Source: Candidatus Marinacidobacterales bacterium (GTDB lineage Bacteria > Acidobacteriota > Vicinamibacteria > Marinacidobacterales > SMYC01). Taken from it: a DNA stretch of 64,000 bases. The stretch is from positions 202,550-266,549 of the forward strand of contig CBDFHB010000001.1 in the NCBI GenBank assembly GCA_965247365.1, in the 5' to 3' direction. The notes beneath the pieces are model-generated. The model did no database searches. It worked only from the letters and a program-made list of their open reading frames with translations, and had not been told where the DNA came from. Positions 10,060-19,583 of this stretch are shown here, in pieces. Both the position numbers and the translations under genes were made by a program. Every line of letters begins with the position of its first letter. The stretch's first letter is position 1.

Positions 10060-11551
10060 CCTGGCTTGGCACCGTCCTCGAAAGTACCGCCGTGCTCTCG
10101 TAGGGGAGCATCATTATAATCTTGGTCCCGACGCCGGTCTCGGTCTCCACCTCGATCCGGCCGTTGTGAAGCTCCACGACCTTTTTGGCGTTGGTCAAGC
10201 CGAGGCCCGTTCCCAGACTCTTGGTCGTGAAGAAAGGCTCGAAGATCGATTTCAAATCGCTCTCCGCGATACCCGAGCCGTCGTCCTCGATCTCGACCGT
10301 TGCGAGCCGTCTCTCACCGTCAGCTACTAAACGGGTACGGACGTGAATGACGCCACCATTCGAAACGGCTTCGGTCGCGTTCAGAAGCGTATTGAGAAAC
10401 GTCTGGCGGAGTTGATCGCCATCGACCTCGATCTCGGGTAGCTCTTCGTATTCCGTGAGCACCCGAATCTTCTTCTCCTCAACCGGCTCCTCAACGAAAC
10501 GAAGGGCATCGTCGATGACGCTCTCCAGACGAATCACCTGCTTCTGAAGCTTCGGAGCGCGGGCGTAGCTCAAGATGTCCTTGACGAGTTTCTCCACCTG
10601 CTGAATGCCGCTCTCCGCGATACCCAACTGCTCGAGCTCGACCTCGTTGAGGGCCGGGTGGCGGGAGATCTTCTGAATATTGAGCTTGACGGCCGTGAGG
10701 GGATTGCGGATCTCGTGCGCCAGCGCCGTCGCAAGCCGACCGATGCTCGCGAGCTTTTCGGCGTCTGTCAGTTTGCGGGAGGCTTCGGAAAGCTTTCTCC
10801 GATCGTCGAGGATCTCCTCCGTCATACGATTGAAATTGGCAGCGAGCTCTCCGATCTCGTCGCCCAGCGGGATATCGATTCGATGACTCAAGTCTCCATC
10901 GGCGACGCGAATGGTTCCCTCGACGAGACTCTCGAGTGGCCGGCTGATGCGACTGGCGAGAAATACAGAGCCCAGAGCGCCGAAGGTCAAACCCAGGAAT
11001 CCGAGGCTGATGAGCACGATGCGCGTGCGCTGGATCTCCGCATTGGCCTCTTCCAACGAAAGCCCCAGCTTCACCGCACCCCAGAGCTCGTCCTCCACAT
11101 AGACGGGCGCCACCACCTCGAGCACCTCGAGTGTTTGCCCCTCCGAAATCTGGAGCGAGGTTTCGCGCGTCAGCACGCTCTCCCGCTCGAGCCGACTCAT
11201 CTCGGTACTCATCTCGAAGAGCTCTTCCGGGAAGAGCTCGCGCGCCTCCTCGTTCGCCGCCAGCATTCTCGCGTTACGGTTGAATATGATCGCAAAGACG
11301 ACGTCTTCATCCTCGGCCGCTCGTGCCATGTTCTGCGAGAGCGCGACCAGGTCGTAGTACATCAGGCGGTTCTCGGAGAGGAGTGCGACGGCCTTGGCAA
11401 TGGCAATTCCGTGCTCTTTCGCTCGCGCTTTGAGGACTTTCGTCTGCTCCATCTCGACGACGAAGATGACGACGCTCATCAGGAGCGTGATGAGAGCAGT
11501 CGAGCTCAGGATGAAGCGTTCCCGTAGGCTGAGAGGAGCGATGCGCCACAT
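10022..11551 (-). CDS. Sensor histidine kinase (TM-periplasmic sensor-TM-HAMP-HisKA-HATPase)
   Basis: H-box LATALAHEIRNPLTAV. G-box GTGLGL. HAMP segment ahead of HisKA. Overlaps the RR gene. Confidence 0.85.
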   Translation of the reverse strand: MWRIAPLSLRERFILSSTALITLLMSVVIFVVEMEQTKVLKARAKEHGIAIAKAVALLSENRLMYYDLVALSQNMARAAEDEDVVFAIIFNRNARMLAANEEARELFPEELFEMSTEMSRLERESVLTRETSLQISEGQTLEVLEVVAPVYVEDELWGAVKLGLSLEEANAEIQRTRIVLISLGFLGLTFGALGSVFLASRISRPLESLVEGTIRVADGDLSHRIDIPLGDEIGELAANFNRMTEEILDDRRKLSEASRKLTDAEKLASIGRLATALAHEIRNPLTAVKLNIQKISRHPALNEVELEQLGIAESGIQQVEKLVKDILSYARAPKLQKQVIRLESVIDDALRFVEEPVEEKKIRVLTEYEELPEIEVDGDQLRQTFLNTLLNATEAVSNGGVIHVRTRLVADGERRLATVEIEDDGSGIAESDLKSIFEPFFTTKSLGTGLGLTNAKKVVELHNGRIEVETETGVGTKIIMMLPYESTAVLSRTVPSQDDEVHEVHSSHR

Positions 11552-11555
11552 GGGC

Positions 11556-13307
11556 TCAGAGCTCGACTTCGGATCCGGCCTCTTCTTCCGCGAGCCAAAT
11601 GTCTTTCATCTTGAGGTAGGGCTCGCCGAGCGGGGTCATGGTGAATCCGCGAACGCTCGGGCGGAGCAGGTAGCGTAGCCGTCCATAGTCCGTCGGGATG
11701 ATGGGCGCGTCCTTCAAGATCAAGGTCTCGATGTGATGGTAGAGCTCGTTTCGTGCCGAATAGCTCGTCTCGGTCCAAACCTGGTCGAGCAGTCGATCGA
11801 CATCCGGGTTCCGATAACCGAAGGCATTCATGTAGCCCTTCGAGTGAAACAGAGGACGCAGAAAATTGTCGGGATCGGGAAAGTCGGCGTACCAGTGGGA
11901 GCGGCCGAGCATCGCGCGTCCCTCGAACGCCGGGGCTGTGATATCGACGATGGGATCGAGCTCGACGAGCTTCACCTCGACCCCTACCTTCGAGAGGCAA
12001 GCGACGAGGCAGCCATCCCTGGCCACCGCTTCCGGGTCGCCGTAGCGACCCAGCACCGGAAGCTCGAGGGGTGGAAGCCCCTTGCCGTGCGGGTAGCCCG
12101 CTTCGGCCAGGAGCCGTCGCGCCTCATCGAGGTTTTGCGTGCGATGGGACTCCTTCGGAATGAAACCGGGAATACCCGGCGGGACGACGCCGCTCGCCGC
12201 AGGAATGCCGGCCGTGTTGCGATGGGCGTCGAGAAAGCTCCGTTTGTCGAGCGCGTAGTTGATAGCCTGACGAACCCGGCGGTCGTCGTAGGGGGTGACG
12301 TGGGACGGAAAGTAGAGGTAGCGGAGCGCGAGCAGTCGGTCCGCTTCCACGGGGACCCAGTTCATATAGCGCTCGACCTCGTTCGTCTCGAGGCAATCGG
12401 CCACTTCGTGGAGAGGACGGGCTTCGCCCTCGTAATCCCGCGAGTTCCGAATCGCGCGGAAGACGATCGCGTCGAGGTGAGCCCGGCCGTCCAAATGCTG
12501 CTGGTTCGCCTCCAACCGGAGCCCTTGCAGGATACCCTCTACCGTCGGCACCGCGGGATCCTCGGACGGTTCGATCCAGCGCGCGAACTCGAAAGCGCCG
12601 GTGCCAATCGGCTGTTCGAAAAACTCCTCGCCCTCCTCGAGAACCTCCTGCTTCGGCAAGATCTTCGAGGAGTACATACTGAGGACCGAGAGTGCCGGCA
12701 CGAAGGGTGTGACGAATTGGATTTGAAACGTTTTCTCGTCGAGAGCTTTCAGGCCCGGGACACTAGGGCTGCGGCCCTCGCGAAAGTCCTCGGCGCCCTC
12801 GATACGACTGAAGTAGTGGTAGTTGTGCTCGTTCAGCCCCTTCGTCAGAAGGCGCTCGAAGCTGAAAACGCAATCCTCCGCCGTCACCGCCCTCCCGTTG
12901 TGAAACTGGGCGTCGTCTCTGAGCTCGAAGGTATAGGTGCGCCCGTCCGGAGAAATCTCCCAGAACCGCGCGAGCGCGGGGATGATATTGAGGTGCTTGT
13001 CGAACGCCGTCAGACCGTCGTAAAGCTGCTGCACCAGCATGACGTCGACGGTGAACACCGCCTCGGCCGGGTCGAGCGTTCGAATCGTGTCGACCAGAGG
13101 ATAGCGAAAGACACCCCCCTGAAGGGGAATCTCAGCCAAGTCCTCTCCGGCGACTCCCGCATAGGGCGCATGATTCTTCTCGACCAGCCGCGTCGCGAAG
13201 GCGGTCAAAACGAACAGGATGAGCAAGACTCCGGGGATGAGCCAGTTCGAGAGCCGGTGGGGTCCTTTACCGCGGCCCAGCGATTGCGAGTCCTCTGGAT
13301 CTGTCAT
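11556..13307 (-). CDS. Periplasmic substrate-binding protein, family 5 (peptide/nickel/opine type), co-operonic with HK-RR
   Basis: N-terminal TM/signal. SBP_bac_5 signature FHNGRAVTAEDCVFSFERLL. 4 bp upstream of the HK. Confidence 0.85.
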   Translation of the reverse strand: MTDPEDSQSLGRGKGPHRLSNWLIPGVLLILFVLTAFATRLVEKNHAPYAGVAGEDLAEIPLQGGVFRYPLVDTIRTLDPAEAVFTVDVMLVQQLYDGLTAFDKHLNIIPALARFWEISPDGRTYTFELRDDAQFHNGRAVTAEDCVFSFERLLTKGLNEHNYHYFSRIEGAEDFREGRSPSVPGLKALDEKTFQIQFVTPFVPALSVLSMYSSKILPKQEVLEEGEEFFEQPIGTGAFEFARWIEPSEDPAVPTVEGILQGLRLEANQQHLDGRAHLDAIVFRAIRNSRDYEGEARPLHEVADCLETNEVERYMNWVPVEADRLLALRYLYFPSHVTPYDDRRVRQAINYALDKRSFLDAHRNTAGIPAASGVVPPGIPGFIPKESHRTQNLDEARRLLAEAGYPHGKGLPPLELPVLGRYGDPEAVARDGCLVACLSKVGVEVKLVELDPIVDITAPAFEGRAMLGRSHWYADFPDPDNFLRPLFHSKGYMNAFGYRNPDVDRLLDQVWTETSYSARNELYHHIETLILKDAPIIPTDYGRLRYLLRPSVRGFTMTPLGEPYLKMKDIWLAEEEAGSEVEL

Positions 13308-13403
13308 GGCGATTTGCCCGGGGATGGCTGAGACACCCCCAATTTAGGGTAAGCAACGAAGCGAAGCAAACTCGTGGGGCCCGCGTCAGAGGGTCCAGAA
13401 CGT

Positions 13404-14315
13404 TCAGAAGCTCAGCCGGCCCTCGGCGATCTCCACGGCTTGGCCGCCGACCCGAACCTCTATGGGACCATTGTCGTCGCTGTCGACCTCGACGTGGATG
13501 GCGCTCGGCCGCCCCATTTCGTAGCCCTGCTCCACGAGGATAGGGGTCGTAGGCCCGATCTCGACGAGTCCTCGGCGTACCAGGTAGGCGCCCAGAGCGC
13601 CTGAAGCACTCCCCGTCGCTGGGTCCTCGGTGATCCCCAAGGTAGGGGCGAACATCCTGGCGTGTGCCGTGCCCTCTTCGGTGACGCACTCGCGAGTGAA
13701 GATCATGAAGCTGTCGGAGTTCGTTTCCCGAAGCACGCGGCGCATCGCACCCAGGTCGAGCTCGATCTTCGCCATGTGGCTCAGAGAGCGTGCGGGTACC
13801 ATGAGCTGCGGGACTGCCGTCGAGACGACTTGCGCGGGAACTTCGTCGGGTAGAAGCTGATCGTCTGGCAGTCCGACGCAATCGGCGAGAAGCTTGCGGT
13901 CGGTGTACTCGTCGAAGAAGCGAGGAGGCGATTGTGTCATCACGACCTGCTCGACCTTGCCATCCTTCACGTGGATGTCCACTGGCAAGACACCGGCCTG
14001 GCATTCCTGGTAGATGCGATTCGGGCCTTCCTCGACGGGAATGATTCCGCGCTGAGCCAAGATGAAAAAGGTCCCCACCACGGGATGCCCGGCCAGAGGG
14101 AGCTCGGAGGATGGAGTGAAGATGCGAAGTTTGCACCTCGCTTTTAAGTCCGTTGCGGGCAGGACGAAGGTCGTTTCGGAGAGGTTCATCTCCTGGGCGA
14201 TGGCTTGCATTTCGTCGGAGGAAAGCCCTTCTGCCTCGGGAAAAATCGCGAGAGGATTCCCCGTGAAAGGGTGGTCGGTGAAGACATCCGCCTGGATGAA
14301 CTCGTAGTCGGCCAT
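13404..14315 (-). CDS. PhzF family phenazine-biosynthesis-like isomerase
   Basis: MADYEFIQADVFTD.PF.GNPLA.F...LS...MQ.IA.EMNLSETTFV. Confidence 0.8.
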   Translation of the reverse strand: MADYEFIQADVFTDHPFTGNPLAIFPEAEGLSSDEMQAIAQEMNLSETTFVLPATDLKARCKLRIFTPSSELPLAGHPVVGTFFILAQRGIIPVEEGPNRIYQECQAGVLPVDIHVKDGKVEQVVMTQSPPRFFDEYTDRKLLADCVGLPDDQLLPDEVPAQVVSTAVPQLMVPARSLSHMAKIELDLGAMRRVLRETNSDSFMIFTRECVTEEGTAHARMFAPTLGITEDPATGSASGALGAYLVRRGLVEIGPTTPILVEQGYEMGRPSAIHVEVDSDDNGPIEVRVGGQAVEIAEGRLSF

Positions 14316-14396
14316 AGGCTCGAAATACTACCTCAAAACGGGACCGTTAGAGTTGGGCCCACGTATGCGCTCGACTTCCTGCTATCCTCTCGACGG

Positions 14397-16124
14397 ATGA
14401 AGACGAAAGCTCTCGCCGGCACCGCGCTCGTCTCCTATCTCTGGCTTTGTTTTTCCTGGTTCGATCACGGGATCGAGCTCTTCCTGGCGCAGATATCGCC
14501 CGTCGTGCCGGCAGTCGTGCTGGCGGCGTCGCTCGTCGCGCTTGCCTGGACGTATCGAAAGCACCTTTTGCCGACGAAGGACGGGCTCGTCACGCTCGGG
14601 CTCGTTGCGCTCGCCTTCATGACGCGCGTTCCCTTCCTGTTCTGCGCCTACGGCCTGTTCAGCTCGGACGCGTCCGCCCAGGGCGTCATGGCCCTTCACA
14701 TCCTCGAGGGCCGGCATCATCCGATCTTCCTCTACAACTGGTCCTACGTCGGAAGCTTCAAGGCCATCCTCACGGCGCTTCTCGCCACCCTCGTAGGCGA
14801 TCCGGTGGTGAGCTTTGCGCTCGCCGCGATCGTCGTCTATGCCGCCTTTGCCGGGGCGCTCTATCTATTGGCTCGCACCGTGCTTTCACGAGGCGAGGCC
14901 ATTGCGGCCTCTCTATACGTGGTTTTCTCTCCGGGCTTTCTGACCGGTTGGGGCATGGGTAACGAGGGGAACTACCTCGACGTCATGTTGCTTGGCACGC
15001 TGATGCTCGCGCTCGGGGCGAGGTGGATGCTACGTGACGACGACGGCCTGGGCGTCGCCCTCACGATCGGAGTGCTCGGCGGCATCGCCTTTTGGATCCA
15101 CATCCTCGCAACGTATTACCTCCTGGCCGCGCTCGGGATTCTCCTCCTTCATCGTTGGCGCTATCGGCCCCTCCGGCGCCTGCTGGTCTTCGCGGCCGGT
15201 TTTCTCGTCGGGGACTTTCCCGGAATTCTGTGGAACGCGGGGAACGACTGGCTGAGTTTTCGTTGGTGGAGCCTCGATGCTCAGAGTCTATCCATGAGCG
15301 AGCGCTTCAGCCGGGCGGCGACCCAGCTCACGGAGGTTTTTTCGACGTCGTTCGGCGTGCTGGCTGGCGACTGGCCCCGGAACGATGCTCCTTGGCCACC
15401 CGCTCTCTGGTCGGTCCTGCTCTCGGTGGTGATTCCCGCCTCGGTCGTTGCGTTTGCCTGGCGGCATCGTATGAAGCTCGCGGCGCTGAGACGCGGCGAG
15501 CTCACCCCCCACGCGATGCTGGTCGGCTTCGCGCTCCTCGTCGTCGCCGTTTTCGCGCAGAGTAGCTTCGGCTGGATGACGGCGGAGCCCCGCTACCTGC
15601 TCTTTCTCTTCTCGGTCGTGCCGCTCTTTCTGGCCTCCGCCCTGTTTGGACTATTCCGGCGCTCTCGCTGGGCGGCGATCGTCGTCGTCGTAGCGCTTCT
15701 CGCGATTAACGTGAGAGGGGACGCGCTCTATCTTCGCGACGGCTTCCGGAGCGACCCGATCAATCGCGAGTTCGTTTCCGACCTCGAATCTCTGGGGCTT
15801 CGCTACTTCCGCTCCGACTATCATCTCTCCTACAAGTACGTTTTCTTGAGCCACGGACGCACGGTCTGGACCTCGGAGCTCGGGCCCTCTCAGACGGAGT
15901 GGTATTTACCGTTCCGCGACCAAGTCGAGGCCGCTGAGCTCGCTGGGCCTGCCGGGCCTGCCGGGCCTGCCGAGAGTGTAGCGCTCGTGCCCCGAAGCTT
16001 TCGCTTCGCCCGGCGTTTGGAACGTCGCCTCGGAGCGCGCGGCATCCGCTACCGTCGGGAGGACTTGCTCTATCCGGTGCTGTTCGACTTCAGCGAGCCA
16101 GTTCACCCACGAGATCTGCGCTAA
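14397..16124 (+). CDS. Polytopic membrane protein, GT39/ArnT-like GT-C glycosyltransferase candidate
   Basis: The ATG at 14397 is in frame with the longer track ORF, whose upstream part overlaps phzF. The first loop FSSDASAQGVMALHILEG fits the F..DE.....A..ML..G ArnT/PMT pattern. Many TM helices. Confidence 0.55.
   Translation: MKTKALAGTALVSYLWLCFSWFDHGIELFLAQISPVVPAVVLAASLVALAWTYRKHLLPTKDGLVTLGLVALAFMTRVPFLFCAYGLFSSDASAQGVMALHILEGRHHPIFLYNWSYVGSFKAILTALLATLVGDPVVSFALAAIVVYAAFAGALYLLARTVLSRGEAIAASLYVVFSPGFLTGWGMGNEGNYLDVMLLGTLMLALGARWMLRDDDGLGVALTIGVLGGIAFWIHILATYYLLAALGILLLHRWRYRPLRRLLVFAAGFLVGDFPGILWNAGNDWLSFRWWSLDAQSLSMSERFSRAATQLTEVFSTSFGVLAGDWPRNDAPWPPALWSVLLSVVIPASVVAFAWRHRMKLAALRRGELTPHAMLVGFALLVVAVFAQSSFGWMTAEPRYLLFLFSVVPLFLASALFGLFRRSRWAAIVVVVALLAINVRGDALYLRDGFRSDPINREFVSDLESLGLRYFRSDYHLSYKYVFLSHGRTVWTSELGPSQTEWYLPFRDQVEAAELAGPAGPAGPAESVALVPRSFRFARRLERRLGARGIRYRREDLLYPVLFDFSEPVHPRDLR
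15945..15971 (+). repeat. Perfect 3x tandem 9-mer (gggcctgcc) encoding PAGPAGPAG inside the membrane protein gene
   Basis: Read directly from the sequence. Confidence 0.6.
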
Positions 16125-16543
16125 TTGGTCGAGAGGCCGTGGTAGATGCTCTCGATCGCCTCGATCGAGTAGAGCTTGCCGTTGTCGACACCGTGGCAAA
16201 ACGTCTTTAGCCCGTGCCACGCCTCTCTCGATTCGAGGTTCTCCGCCCAGAACGGGAACGTCCGGCACTGTCTCGGACGCACCGGATAGATCGTGCAGCC
16301 GTCCTGCCAGAAGATGCAATCACCATTCGGCTTCAGCGTGAGCACGGGCTCGCCATCTTCGTCTCGAGTCAGGAAACGCTTCCGGAACGAACGAAGCGAC
16401 ATCTGAAGCCACCGGGTGATGCGCTCGGTTTGATGTCGTGTCACATAGACAAAACCGGGAGCCGTACCGCGGCAGCAGTTGTGACATTGATGGCACGAGA
16501 ACTGAAGCCCCTCGTCGTACCAGCGCGATCTCTCGGTCGTCAC
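16121..16543 (-). CDS. YkgJ family cysteine-cluster protein (UPF0153, CxxCxxCC)
   Basis: FSCHQCHNCCRGTAPGFVYVT...CIFWQDGCTIYPVRPRQCRTFPFW. Confidence 0.75.
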   Translation of the reverse strand: MTTERSRWYDEGLQFSCHQCHNCCRGTAPGFVYVTRHQTERITRWLQMSLRSFRKRFLTRDEDGEPVLTLKPNGDCIFWQDGCTIYPVRPRQCRTFPFWAENLESREAWHGLKTFCHGVDNGKLYSIEAIESIYHGLSTN

Positions 16544-16623
16544 CCCATGATTATGTCGCGTCCCGTCCCGGACGAAAAGCCCCGGTCTCCGATGCCGCGG
16601 CGGCTGATATAATCCCGGCTCCG

Positions 16624-19152
16624 GTGCGACCCACCTTCATTATCGCGAGTGTCTCCGCCCTCTTTGGAGTGAGTCGGGCGTTCAACGCCTTTCTCCGCCT
16701 GTTTCTGAGACAGGACTCGGGCGAGGCGCTTCTGCCCGCGCTCGCGCGCAACATGCTCCTCACGGACGTGTTGCTGTCGGCCTTGTTTTGGTCGTTGCTC
16801 GGCGTTGGACTCGCCCACGGGATCGCTTGGCTTGGCCGCCGATTCGAATGGACCGGGAATCTGTTACCGGAGCTCGCGCGGCCGTTCACGACGCTCCTCG
16901 TCCCGGCCGGCATGACGCTCGCCTCGGTCGGATCGCTCCTGGTCTCACCCGCGTTTCCTTACGGCGTCAACCTCGTTTTGACGCTCACGCTCGAGGGGCC
17001 TTTTCCCGCGCTTCTGACGACGATGCTCTTTCTCGCGTGCCTCGTACATACCATTACCCACGTCCTCGGCCCGTTCGATGCTCCCGTCATTCGACTGGCC
17101 GATCCTTGGAGGCGTCGTGCGGTCGGGGCACTCGTCGTGACGGTGGCGCTCGGCACGTTCGTCGTGGCGACGCCTCCCCGTTTCTACGAGGAGGGGATCG
17201 GCCAGGGAAACATGTTCAAGTACCTGCGCATGGCGTCGGTCTTCGCGGGAACGGGGACGCTCGACATCTCGCGGGCGGAGGAGAACACCTCTCCTCGCAT
17301 CTTCGAGTTCCTGTCACGGGGGCCCGAGATGCTCCGGCGCTACACGGCCGCGGCGGGGGCGCTCGCTCGCGAGGTCTCGAGTGCCTTGGCCGAGGGGCGT
17401 TTGTACCGGGGCGAGCTCCGCGCGTCGAAAGTCAACCGATCGATGTTCAGGAGCGTCGAGGGCGGAGTCTATTACATCAACGCGCCGGGCCCGGGACTCT
17501 TGCTCGTTCCGTCCTATCTGATCGACGCGAGCTGGAATCGCGTCTTCGAGACTCGCGGCCAACGTTTCCAGATTCTCTTTTGGCAGTTGCTCGCTGCACT
17601 TCTCGTGTACGAGATCTTCGCCTCGGCTCGGGAGCTATCGAGCGAAGTGGCTTCCGGTCTGACCGCCTTCGCGATAGCGACCGCGGTCCCTTTTCTCCTG
17701 TTCACGTTTCAGATCTATCCCGAGCTTCCTGGCGGGCTTCTCCTTCTCCACGCGTTTCGAAAGCTCGTTCTGGATCCCGCCCCGAGCGGCCTCGCCATTC
17801 TCTCCGGTGCGCTCGCGCTCTCCGGGCTTCCCTGGCTCCATCAGAAGTACTCTGTGACGGCCGCTACACTCGCCGTCATCACGGTGGTCAGACTCCTTCG
17901 CCGTACGCCCGGTGGCATCCACCACCACCCTTACAAGCTCGCTTTTCTCGCGGCACCTTTGGCTCCCTCGGCATTTTCGATATTTCTGTACAACCACGCC
18001 CTCACGGGGAGCCTCTCTCCTACGGCCACCTTTCGCGCCGTCGCGCGATCTTCCTTCGAGCCGCAGAGCTTCTTGAAGGGCCTTCTTGGGCTGGCGTTCG
18101 ATCTGGAGAACGGGATCCTCGTCTTCGCGCCCCTCTACGTGCTCGCGCTCGTGGGGGTGAGCGCGCTCGTTCTGCGGCATCGGCGCTTCGCAACACCCTA
18201 CGTTCTCGTGCTCAGCTCCTACCTGCTCGTGATCGCTTCGTTCCCTTACTGGCCCGGCGCCGTGAGCACGATGGGCCGTTACGTTCTCAGCATCCTTCCA
18301 CTGCTGGCCCTTCCACTGGTGCTCGTCGTTGGACGAGCCTTGAGGGACGGCGTCCTCGCCGGGACGGCCATCGTACTCACCGCCGCGAGCTTCGCTTTCA
18401 CGCTGAGCTTCCTCGAGGATCTGATCCCGAGCTATGGGGCCTTGCTGCTATGGAGACGCACGCTCTACAGTGATCCGATGCACTACGTTCCCTCGATGCT
18501 GGCAGACGGTTTCCTCGGCTCGGGTCCTGCCCACTTCGCGAAGCTCCTCGCTCTAGTCTTGCTCGTGGCGCTGCTGGTCTATCGTTTGCGGGGTCGCCTT
18601 CGCAAGGAGCCCTTCTCCGTTCACGTCGAAGACTCCTGCTTCGCTCGCAACGCGAGCTTGAGTGCTGGCGGCCTGATGCTGGGCGTTTGTGCCCTCGGTG
18701 CGCTCCTCGAGCACTGGCCGTCCAACGAGACGGCGAAGAGAGGACCCGAGTATCGCGAAACGGTGGAGCTTCCCGAAGGGCGGGTTCTGTCTGTTCTCGG
18801 GGAACATGGTTTCGAGGGACCCGGTGTCTGGGTGCCGGGGGGAGGGCGCACCCGCTTTCTGCTCACGTCGCGAGCGAAGGTCTCGAAGCTCACGTTGCTC
18901 GTCACGAACGGACCGCGTGAGAACTCGATCGTCATACGGGAGCGGGGCAAGAAGAACCTCGAGCTTTCTCTACCTCCCGAGGGTCCACACCGGGTGAACT
19001 TGCTGCTCCGCAACCCCCATCGATTCGAAGGGCCGGAGCGTCGCAGCTACCTGTACGATTTCTCCGTGATCTCGAAAGGGAGCTTCGTGCCTGTCGAGGA
19101 GGGACGATCCGACGACGCCCGGTCCCTCGGAGCCTACGTGCGCGTACGATGA
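16624..19152 (+). CDS. Large polytopic membrane protein with C-terminal soluble domain (hypothetical; GT-C-like?). Start uncertain, either GTG 16624 or ATG 16753.
   Basis: About 840 aa with more than 12 predicted TM helices, then a beta-rich tail of about 250 aa. The upstream part of the track ORF overlaps ykgJ. Confidence 0.45.
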   Translation: MRPTFIIASVSALFGVSRAFNAFLRLFLRQDSGEALLPALARNMLLTDVLLSALFWSLLGVGLAHGIAWLGRRFEWTGNLLPELARPFTTLLVPAGMTLASVGSLLVSPAFPYGVNLVLTLTLEGPFPALLTTMLFLACLVHTITHVLGPFDAPVIRLADPWRRRAVGALVVTVALGTFVVATPPRFYEEGIGQGNMFKYLRMASVFAGTGTLDISRAEENTSPRIFEFLSRGPEMLRRYTAAAGALAREVSSALAEGRLYRGELRASKVNRSMFRSVEGGVYYINAPGPGLLLVPSYLIDASWNRVFETRGQRFQILFWQLLAALLVYEIFASARELSSEVASGLTAFAIATAVPFLLFTFQIYPELPGGLLLLHAFRKLVLDPAPSGLAILSGALALSGLPWLHQKYSVTAATLAVITVVRLLRRTPGGIHHHPYKLAFLAAPLAPSAFSIFLYNHALTGSLSPTATFRAVARSSFEPQSFLKGLLGLAFDLENGILVFAPLYVLALVGVSALVLRHRRFATPYVLVLSSYLLVIASFPYWPGAVSTMGRYVLSILPLLALPLVLVVGRALRDGVLAGTAIVLTAASFAFTLSFLEDLIPSYGALLLWRRTLYSDPMHYVPSMLADGFLGSGPAHFAKLLALVLLVALLVYRLRGRLRKEPFSVHVEDSCFARNASLSAGGLMLGVCALGALLEHWPSNETAKRGPEYRETVELPEGRVLSVLGEHGFEGPGVWVPGGGRTRFLLTSRAKVSKLTLLVTNGPRENSIVIRERGKKNLELSLPPEGPHRVNLLLRNPHRFEGPERRSYLYDFSVISKGSFVPVEEGRSDDARSLGAYVRVR

Positions 19153-19583
19153 AAAAAGACGTCGTCATTCACACCGATGGAGCCTGTGAAGGCAATCCGG
19201 GTCCGGGCGGCTTCGCGGCCGTTATCGATTCCGACGGTAGCCGCCGCGAGATTACGGGTGGTGTGAAGCACACGACCAACAACCGTATGGAGCTCAGCGC
19301 GGTGATACGAGGCCTCGCCGCGCTCGATGAACCCTCGCGGGTGCGCATCGTCACGGACTCGCAGTATGTCGTCTACGGCATCACGCGTTGGATCCAAGGT
19401 TGGCGGCGCAAGGGTTGGCGCATCGCTTCGGGCGCGCCGGTGAAGAACCGCGACCTGTGGGAGGAGCTCGATGCTCTCGCAAGAAAGCACGATGTGCGCT
19501 GGGAGTGGATCCGCGGGCACGCGGGGCACCCCGAGAACGAGCGCGCGGATTTCCTCGCGCGTCAAGCGATTCAGGAGCTCTGA
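19149..19583 (+). CDS. rnhA: Ribonuclease HI
   Basis: VVIHTDGACEGNPGPGGFAAV...TNNRMEL.AVI..L.....VRIVTDSQYVV.GIT.WI.GW...W......VKN.DLW...D......V.W.W..GHAGHPENERAD.LA. ATGA overlap with the preceding gene. Confidence 0.9.
   Translation: MKKDVVIHTDGACEGNPGPGGFAAVIDSDGSRREITGGVKHTTNNRMELSAVIRGLAALDEPSRVRIVTDSQYVVYGITRWIQGWRRKGWRIASGAPVKNRDLWEELDALARKHDVRWEWIRGHAGHPENERADFLARQAIQEL

Noticed and set aside
16788-18473. 561-aa ORF (and many similar: 595..1059, 1614..2756, 10658..11527, 11733..13331, 13267..14136, 30212..31378, 43146..44201, 52084..53040, 54093..55445)
   Set aside because: Arg/Pro/Gly-rich low-complexity translations overlapping better-supported genes in other frames. These are typical high-GC frame shadows.
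19571-19583. 13-bp convergent overlap of rnhA and the ABC-F gene as a regulatory antisense feature
   Set aside because: Short 3' overlaps of convergent genes are common in compact high-GC genomes. There is no additional structure.
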